A stretch of 32,000 nucleotides of DNA from positions 240,001 to 272,000 of the forward strand of contig NZ_OZ017288.1 of assembly GCF_963967315.1 (NCBI RefSeq). The letters run 5' to 3'. Numbering within the stretch: position 1 is the stretch's first letter; each line of letters begins with the position of its first letter. The notes below the pieces were generated by a model. The model was not told the origin of the DNA. It made no database searches and saw nothing but the letters and a program-made list of their open reading frames with translations. A program made the translations under genes and the position numbers. The stretch is from Candidatus Minimicrobia sp. QA0096. GTDB lineage: Bacteria; Patescibacteriota; Saccharimonadia; Saccharimonadales; Saccharimonadaceae. Below are positions 16,851 to 22,376 of this stretch, one piece after another.

Positions 16851-16879
16851 ATAATAACACAAATATGAAGAAATATCAA
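16851..16879 (-). promoter_or_regulatory. Candidate rplS promoter TTGATA-17-TGtTATTAT, giving a ~100-nt leader
   Basis: The minus strand reads TTGATAtttcttcatatttgTGtTATTAT (-35 at plus 16874-16879, -10 at 16851-16856). The rplS ATG is at 16744. Confidence 0.45.
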
Positions 16880-16895
16880 TTAAATAAAATTGGAG

Positions 16896-16901
16896 TATAA
16901 T
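16896..16901 (+). promoter_or_regulatory. TATAAT hexamer 6 nt before the malic enzyme ATG (16908); predicted leaderless
   Basis: gagTATAATatagttATG. The -35 region is weak (ATATCA at 16873-16878). Confidence 0.4.
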
Positions 16902-16907
16902 ATAGTT

Positions 16908-18041
16908 ATGGATTACAATAAATTAGCACTCGAACTACACGAAAAATACAAAGGTAAAATTACGACTAGCCTCAGAGATAAAGAGGAGCTTAATCGCGAC
17001 AAGCTTAGCGCTTATTACAGCCCTGGCGTCGGCGCAGTCAGCCAAGCAATTGCCGAAAATCCAGCCGATTTACCAAAGTACACTTGGACAAACAATCTAG
17101 TCGCCGTAATCTCAGACGGCTCAGCGATTTTGGGCTTAGGCAATTTGGGACCAAAAGCCGCCATGCCAGTCATGGAAGGAAAAGCTTTATTATTTAAGCA
17201 TTTTGCCGATGTCGACGCAGTGCCAATTGTGTTAGACGTTCACGAGCCAGAAGAAATTATTGCCACCGTTAAAGCCATTGCGCCAAGTTTCGGTGCCATC
17301 AACCTCGAAGACATTGCCGCACCAAAATGCTTTGAGATTGAAGAACGATTGAAGGCAGAATTAGATATTCCAGTCTTCCACGATGATCAACACGGCACAG
17401 CTGTCGTTGTATTAGCGGGCTTAATTAACGCCGCTAAATTGACAGGACGAGACCTGGCAGATTGCAAATTCGTGGTCATCGGCGCAGGCGCAGCTGGCAC
17501 GGCAATCATCAAATTGTTAAATCTTTACGGGGCAAAAAACATCGTAGCGGTAGATAGCCGAGGAATTGTCGGAAAATCACGCACAGATTTGAACGCTGAA
17601 AAAACCGCGCTATTGGAATACGTCGACGCATCGCAATCTGGCTCAATTGAAGACGCCATCACTGACGCAGACGTATTCATCGGCGTATCGCGTGCAGGAC
17701 TTCTCACTCCAGAATTAGTCCAAAAAATGGCGAAAGATCCAATCGTATTCGCACTAGCAAATCCTGTTCCAGAGATTATGCCAGATGTCGCCAAAGAAGC
17801 CGGCGTCGCAATCATCGGTACAGGTCGTAGCGACTTCCCAAATCAGGTCAATAACTCTCTGGCCTTCCCTGGAATTTTCCGCGGCGCATTAGATCACGGA
17901 GTTAAGAAAATCACCGATCAGCACAAATTAGCGGCTGCTGAAGCGCTAGCTAACCTGGTCGAAAATCCAACCGTCGACAAAGTCGTCCCAACTGCATTTG
18001 ATGAGGGTGTTGTTGAAGCTATTGCGAATGTCATTAGATAA
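16908..18041 (+). CDS. NAD(P)-dependent malic enzyme (short form, no PTA domain)
   Basis: The ORF-track TTG start at 16890 lies in the -10 region, so I start at ATG 16908 ([18 protein letters not shown]). Typical blocks: [38 protein letters not shown], and the Rossmann motif GAGAAG. Confidence 0.9.
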   Translation: MDYNKLALELHEKYKGKITTSLRDKEELNRDKLSAYYSPGVGAVSQAIAENPADLPKYTWTNNLVAVISDGSAILGLGNLGPKAAMPVMEGKALLFKHFADVDAVPIVLDVHEPEEIIATVKAIAPSFGAINLEDIAAPKCFEIEERLKAELDIPVFHDDQHGTAVVVLAGLINAAKLTGRDLADCKFVVIGAGAAGTAIIKLLNLYGAKNIVAVDSRGIVGKSRTDLNAEKTALLEYVDASQSGSIEDAITDADVFIGVSRAGLLTPELVQKMAKDPIVFALANPVPEIMPDVAKEAGVAIIGTGRSDFPNQVNNSLAFPGIFRGALDHGVKKITDQHKLAAAEALANLVENPTVDKVVPTAFDEGVVEAIANVIR

Positions 18042-18043
18042 GC

Positions 18044-19615
18044 CTAAGCACCAGCACCGTACTTAGCCGCATCACGAGAGTTTCCATCTATAAACAGAGC
18101 CACTAACGACTCCTGGTTCTGTTTGTCGCAAGCTCCTAAGAATAAAACTACTTCAGTCACTCCAGCTTCCTGAAGAGATTTTTTAGTCTCACTTTCATCG
18201 GGCATATCTTCAATGCTGACTTTTGACACATAAACTCTCTTGGCGTTATGCGTTTGTTCTTTCCAGGCGTAAATTATAAACGGATAAAGCTCTCTTAATC
18301 TGTTATTTAAGCCAATTGGCAAACCGACAGACTTATCTTCTGAAGTTGCTACACATTTAGCAGCCATAGTTAATTTGTCCTTAATAATAGGTAGAATGTC
18401 CCGCTTCTTCTCGTCGTTTTCGTATCCAGTCATTTTATGCTCGACCTTTTTAGCCTCTTCAGTGCGCGCGTCGACTACTGCGACCACAGTACCGTCACCA
18501 CCACGCTCAACATGCAGTACATCCACAATAGAATCTTCTTTAAGCCACGGAAACGTCTCGCTATCAAGCGTCACAGCATCTCCCGCCTTCAATCCAATTT
18601 CTACCAACTGAGAGCTGCCTTCTTCGATTGTCGGCTTCGATTTGTTTGATCTTTTTCTCTTAGCAACTTTTTTCAAAGACCCGCTCGCAATTTCACCCGC
18701 CACTTCGTAGGTTCTGAATTTTTCAGAAAGAACCTTTAGCTCACCTTCTAGAATTGACTCCATTTTTTCTTCCACCACGGATTTGGCAAGAGTTCGCACA
18801 TTCGGACAATTTTCCTCAAATACAATTTCCGTATATTCACGAGCTAACAACTCCTCGTCCAGATCTCTCATCCCGTCCGCACAATCGAGTATGGTTTTAG
18901 CCCACTCCAAGTCTCTTTCATAATTAAAGAAGGCTTCAACGCGCTCCATACGTACATCAACATTGCTCTCGAGCATTGCATTAAATTCGTCATATTTAAT
19001 CCCTGAAAAATCCGCCAACAGCTTGACTAATCTGTCCGTATTTTCACGAACTGGATCATATTCAGGCTGACTTACTTCAAATTCTATAAATGAAGAAGTA
19101 TCATCTTTCTCATGAACACTATCAATCACAGTCTCCTTAGTCTCTAATGTGAGTTGTATATATTCAGAGTCGGCAGCATCTGGGCTAAGATTATTATTCC
19201 TCTGAAATTTCTTTACTTTAGGAATTTTATGTCCTTCAAGATTGCAATACTTCGGAACATTAACTTCCGCTATTTTAGCGGGAAAAATTTTATCTAACGA
19301 CGATATAAAAGCATTTAGTGAGGCTTTATACTCCTTATTAAATTCCTCTTTTAACCGAGAACTCACTTCGTAAAAATCATAGCGGATCTCCAAATATTCA
19401 GGAGACTGGTCGTATGCATCCTTAGCCTGCTTAAGACTATCAATTACAGGCTTATATTTCTCAACCAAGTCCTTAAATATGGATGAATCTTTGGACACAT
19501 CTTCATATATATATTCAAGGAAATTGATAACAGTATCAAAAATTTCACAGACAGAGTCTTTCTCAGACTCTGAAGATTCGCTATCGTGACAAGAGTGTTC
19601 CGGAATTTCGCTCAT
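18044..19615 (-). CDS. Acidic 523-aa hypothetical protein (orphan), no signal peptide or TM
   Basis: Long ORF with its own promoter. It is rich in E/D/K and visibly AT-richer in codon use (ATA, AGA, TTA, AAG) than its neighbours. I recognise no motif. Confidence 0.8.
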   Translation of the reverse strand: MSEIPEHSCHDSESSESEKDSVCEIFDTVINFLEYIYEDVSKDSSIFKDLVEKYKPVIDSLKQAKDAYDQSPEYLEIRYDFYEVSSRLKEEFNKEYKASLNAFISSLDKIFPAKIAEVNVPKYCNLEGHKIPKVKKFQRNNNLSPDAADSEYIQLTLETKETVIDSVHEKDDTSSFIEFEVSQPEYDPVRENTDRLVKLLADFSGIKYDEFNAMLESNVDVRMERVEAFFNYERDLEWAKTILDCADGMRDLDEELLAREYTEIVFEENCPNVRTLAKSVVEEKMESILEGELKVLSEKFRTYEVAGEIASGSLKKVAKRKRSNKSKPTIEEGSSQLVEIGLKAGDAVTLDSETFPWLKEDSIVDVLHVERGGDGTVVAVVDARTEEAKKVEHKMTGYENDEKKRDILPIIKDKLTMAAKCVATSEDKSVGLPIGLNNRLRELYPFIIYAWKEQTHNAKRVYVSKVSIEDMPDESETKKSLQEAGVTEVVLFLGACDKQNQESLVALFIDGNSRDAAKYGAGA

Positions 19616-19652
19616 AAACTGATATTTTATCAGTTTATGGCTATAAAGTCAA
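19616..19652 (-). promoter_or_regulatory. Promoter TTGACT-17-TGaTAAAAT of the 523-aa orphan, with a perfect 9-3-9 palindrome over the -10/TSS (candidate operator)
   Basis: The minus strand reads TAA(pilB stop)TTGACTttatagccataaacTGaTAAAATatcagtttATG. The palindrome AAACTGATA-AAA-TATCAGTTT is at plus 19616-19636. The -10 hexamer is 8 nt from the ATG. Confidence 0.6.
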
Positions 19653-21275
19653 TTATATTACTCTGTTAACTTCTTCTAATGTTGTTTCGCCACGAAGAGC
19701 CGCCAACACGCCAGCCTGAAGCAACGTCACCATACCATCTTCTTTTGCAGCCTTTTCAATCGCTTCCGTATGAACATCTTCAACATCGCCGCGCAAGAAT
19801 TTCTGAATATTTTCACTCACGACCAGTTGCTCCATTACTGGAATTCGCCCCTTGTAGCCAAACGGAACGTCATCCGTCGGCACCGCACGCCAAAGCTTAA
19901 ACGTATCCAAATCTGGGCAATCAACATTCTCTGGCAAATCCTTCAAGACTTCTTTTACCCACTTACGAGTCGCCCCGTCTGGCTCATATTCTTCCTTGCT
20001 ATCATCCCACAATCTTCTCACTAGTCGTTGAGCAATAACCAGCCGAACCGCCGAGCTAAAAATCGGATTTTGCCCAATCATATCGATCATACGACTAAAC
20101 GCCGCCGCAGTCGAATTGGCGTGGAAACTGGACAATACCAAGTGTCCCGTAATTGACGCCTGAATCGCAGTCTTCGCAGTTTCATTGTCGCGAATCTCGC
20201 CAACCATCACCACATCTGGGTCAAGACGCAAAACACTGCGCAAACCATCAGCAAACCTCTGTCCATTTGTCGTATCAATTGGAATCTGAGCAATCCCAGG
20301 AATCGTATTTTCTACAGGATCCTCCAGCGTGATAATCTTTCGATCCTGAGTATTAAGAGCGTTCAAAATACTATATAACGTCGTAGACTTTCCTGAACCA
20401 GTTGGACCAACCATCAACAACATTCCGCGCGGATGAGAAATAACTTCATCGATTTGCTCGCGCTCTTTCTTTGAAATGCTCAATAGATCCAAGTTCAACA
20501 TTGACTCATCAAAGTTAAACAATCGAAGTACCAGATCCAAACCGTACACCGTCATCACGGCTTCCACACGCAAATTCAGCACGTGCGATGCGCCATCTCT
20601 ATGAATTTCCTGCTGCATATGTCCAGACTGAGGCTCTCTGGAAGCGGTAGAAATATTCGCACGAGACGCCAAAGTCGCCATAATCACTCGATATCTATCC
20701 CTACTAAGTTCCGCCACCGTGTGCAAAGCTCCGTCAACACGCATCCGAATTCGAATCGATTCGCGCTGGTTCTCAATATGAATATCCGACGCGCCCAACA
20801 GATCCGCTTGGTCAATCAAATAATTAAACACGTCATTTGTGCCGACGGATGCCAAAGTCTGAGTAACCTGCGCCAGAGTATCGCTATCACCTTCCTTGGC
20901 AATTTCAATATTGTCGTAAATCACTTTTTTTGGCGGATCAAACCTAAGCATAATTGACCGAAACGCCGAACCAGAAATTAAGAAGAAGAAAATTCGCTTG
21001 CCATTTTCAACATACTGATCTCGCATCCGCTTCATCAACGATTCAGAAGTTTGCGACGTAACACCAAATCGATAAGACTGGTCTTCCTCATTAAAGGCTA
21101 ACGGAACCAACCTGCCTTTATACATCTCTTCTATCGTTAAAACATCCTTAAGCAAAGGTAAAGTTTCTTCAAATTCCCGCCCGTCAAGATATTGAAGTCC
21201 TAAAATTGACGCTCGACGACGAGTAGCTTCCTCATCTTGCTCACGGCGTCGCGCCTGAATTTTATCTTCGTCCAT
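19653..21275 (-). CDS. GspE/PilB-family type IV pilus (or competence pseudopilus) assembly ATPase
   Basis: 540-aa ORF. T2SSE N-terminal domain (LGLQYLDGREF..LVPLAFNEEDQSYRFGV), Walker A GPTGSGKST, Walker B DPDVVMVGEIRD, His box SSFHANS. No CxxC...CxxC zinc motif is present in the C-terminal domain. Confidence 0.85.
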   Translation of the reverse strand: MDEDKIQARRREQDEEATRRRASILGLQYLDGREFEETLPLLKDVLTIEEMYKGRLVPLAFNEEDQSYRFGVTSQTSESLMKRMRDQYVENGKRIFFFLISGSAFRSIMLRFDPPKKVIYDNIEIAKEGDSDTLAQVTQTLASVGTNDVFNYLIDQADLLGASDIHIENQRESIRIRMRVDGALHTVAELSRDRYRVIMATLASRANISTASREPQSGHMQQEIHRDGASHVLNLRVEAVMTVYGLDLVLRLFNFDESMLNLDLLSISKKEREQIDEVISHPRGMLLMVGPTGSGKSTTLYSILNALNTQDRKIITLEDPVENTIPGIAQIPIDTTNGQRFADGLRSVLRLDPDVVMVGEIRDNETAKTAIQASITGHLVLSSFHANSTAAAFSRMIDMIGQNPIFSSAVRLVIAQRLVRRLWDDSKEEYEPDGATRKWVKEVLKDLPENVDCPDLDTFKLWRAVPTDDVPFGYKGRIPVMEQLVVSENIQKFLRGDVEDVHTEAIEKAAKEDGMVTLLQAGVLAALRGETTLEEVNRVI

Positions 21276-21281
21276 ATGAAA

Positions 21282-21290
21282 ATTATACCA
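21282..21290 (-). promoter_or_regulatory. Extended -10 (TGgTATAAT) 6 nt before the pilB-like ATG (21275); predicted leaderless
   Basis: The minus strand reads TGgTATAATtttcatATG. Confidence 0.55.
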
Positions 21291-21311
21291 AAAAGCTTAC
21301 GGTTTTACGAG

Positions 21312-21320
21312 TGATATAAT
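21312..21320 (+). promoter_or_regulatory. Extended -10 (TGaTATAAT) 6 nt before the trmH-family ATG (21327); predicted leaderless
   Basis: gagTGaTATAATagtgatATG. The 12-mer GTGATATAATAG also occurs at 651-662 before the PBP gene. Confidence 0.55.
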
Positions 21321-21326
21321 AGTGAT

Positions 21327-21887
21327 ATGAATCCAGAAATTACCCTGTTAGTCCACAATATTCGCTCGACACATAATGTTGGGGCAATTTTTCGCACAGC
21401 CGAAGGATTTGGTATAAAAAAGATTATTCTTAGTGGCTACACGCCGTATCCAGAATTGAGTTTATGTAGCAAGGCGCCTGTTTGCGCGCTTGCCGATGGA
21501 GAAATTCGATCTGAAGATCCTCGCCTGCCGCACATTCGCGAAAAAATCACTAGCCAAATTCATAAAACAGCCTTAGGTGCGGAAAGTTTGGTGCCGTTTG
21601 AGTTTTATGAAGATATCAATGACTGGATTGAGAAAAATAGACAAACAGAAAACTTGCCAATTGTCGCGCTGGAGCAATCAAAAGACAGTGTGATGCTATC
21701 AGAATTTCAGCCGCCTGAAAAATTTGCGCTGCTACTCGGAGAAGAAGTCCACGGAATCACGCCGGAACTTTTGGAAAACTGCGATTTCACTGTAGAAATC
21801 CCAATGTTTGGTCAAAAAGAATCATTCAACGTGTCGGTCGCAACAGGAATTGCGCTGTTCGGACTGATTTTCCCGAGAATGAAATAA
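21327..21887 (+). CDS. SpoU/TrmH-family RNA 2'-O-methyltransferase
   Basis: 186-aa ORF. SpoU motifs HNIRSTHNVGAIFRTAEGFGI, LLLGEEVHGI and IPMFGQKESFNVSVATGIALF. Confidence 0.85.
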   Translation: MNPEITLLVHNIRSTHNVGAIFRTAEGFGIKKIILSGYTPYPELSLCSKAPVCALADGEIRSEDPRLPHIREKITSQIHKTALGAESLVPFEFYEDINDWIEKNRQTENLPIVALEQSKDSVMLSEFQPPEKFALLLGEEVHGITPELLENCDFTVEIPMFGQKESFNVSVATGIALFGLIFPRMK

Positions 21888-21925
21888 TCTCAACAACGAA
21901 TAAATAAATCCCTCAAGTCTGATTA

Positions 21926-21954
21926 TTGACTTTATTAAACATATGTGTTATATT
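21926..21954 (+). promoter_or_regulatory. Strong promoter of orphan cassette 2: TTGACT-17-TGtTATATT
   Basis: TTGACT at 21926-21931, 17-nt spacer, TG at 21946-21947, TATATT at 21949-21954. Predicted TSS is near 21960-21961. Confidence 0.6.
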
Positions 21955-22016
21955 TGTATGAGCTTTCTTTGGAATCCCCCAGAGAAAGTAGTCCCCTACA
22001 TGAAAGGTTCGAGGAA

Positions 22017-22310
22017 ATGTTTGACATTTTCTTCATTCTCACAATTCTAGCAACCATGTATGTTGCATGGTACGCCTACAGGGCCCCTTCGGGGGTTAGT
22101 CACATATGGCACACGCTAGCCGCCGCGGCTGGCGGGTGGATGACAGTCTTTTTCATCTACTTCATGGTAGCAGAATCGCCACACCGGCCGATGTACCACA
22201 CGGTGCTGGTGGCTTTGTTCTACTGCACGACGGCGGCCACTTACACTACCCTGCAAGAGAGAGGTAAGACAGAGGTGAGGAATGAACTGCGGGACAATAA
22301 GTCCCGCTGA
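22017..22310 (+). CDS. Orphan small membrane protein (97 aa, 3 predicted TM helices, charged C-terminal tail); holin-like architecture
   Basis: I start at ATG 22017 because the ORF-track GTG at 21945 lies inside the promoter. Hydrophobic helices: FDIFFILTILATMYVAWYAY, IWHTLAAAAGGWMTVFFIYFMV, MYHTVLVALFYCTTAATYTTL. Tail: QERGKTEVRNELRDNKSR. Codon use is GC-rich and unlike the neighbours (GCC GCC GCG GCT GGC GGG; ACG ACG GCG GCC). Confidence 0.55.
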   Translation: MFDIFFILTILATMYVAWYAYRAPSGVSHIWHTLAAAAGGWMTVFFIYFMVAESPHRPMYHTVLVALFYCTTAATYTTLQERGKTEVRNELRDNKSR

Positions 22311-22317
22311 CAGTAGT

Positions 22318-22376
22318 ATAGTTAGCCCGCCAGAGCAACCAGCTCAGGCTGAGGCCTCTGTCAGCGGGCTAACTAT
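22318..22376. other. Long imperfect hairpin between the convergent orphan ORF and dnaE; candidate bidirectional terminator or 3'-end stabiliser
   Basis: 13-bp outer stem ATAGTTAGCCCGC (22318-22330) / GCGGGCTAACTAT (22364-22376). Inner 5-bp stem CAGAG (22331-22335) / CTCTG (22356-22360) with a 3-nt TCA bulge. Apical CCAGC..GCUG(a)G stem. The last base is the first base of the dnaE stop codon (22376-22378). There is no clear U-tract on either side. Confidence 0.6.

Noticed and set aside
10083-16907. tRNA, tmRNA, RNase P or SRP RNA genes in the larger intergenic gaps (10083-10198, 13906-14173, 14561-14682, 16745-16907, 21888-22016)
   Set aside because: I saw no T-loop (GGTTCGAnnCC) or acceptor pattern, no RNase P P4 strings (GAGGAAAGTCC / ACAGAAnnCGGCTTA) and no SRP GGAAGCAGCC-type motif. 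GGTTCGAGG at 22006-22014 lacks any surrounding cloverleaf.
21945-22016. ORF-track 5' extension of the cassette 2 ORF (GTG at 21945), and small upstream ORFs starting at ATG 21958 and ATG 21999
   Set aside because: GTG 21945 and ATG 21958 lie inside or within 3 nt of the -10 hexamer, upstream of the predicted TSS. ATG 21999 opens only a 16-codon out-of-frame ORF with a weak RBS. ATG 22017 begins exactly at the first TM helix.
22318-22376. Integron attC-like reading of the long hairpin (GTTAGCC ... GGCTAAC with a bulge)
   Set aside because: The polarity is wrong. An attC has the inverse core RYYYAAC at the 5' end and GTTRRRY at the 3' end, whereas here GTT.. is 5' and ..AAC is 3' on both strands. 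No integrase or cassette array is present.
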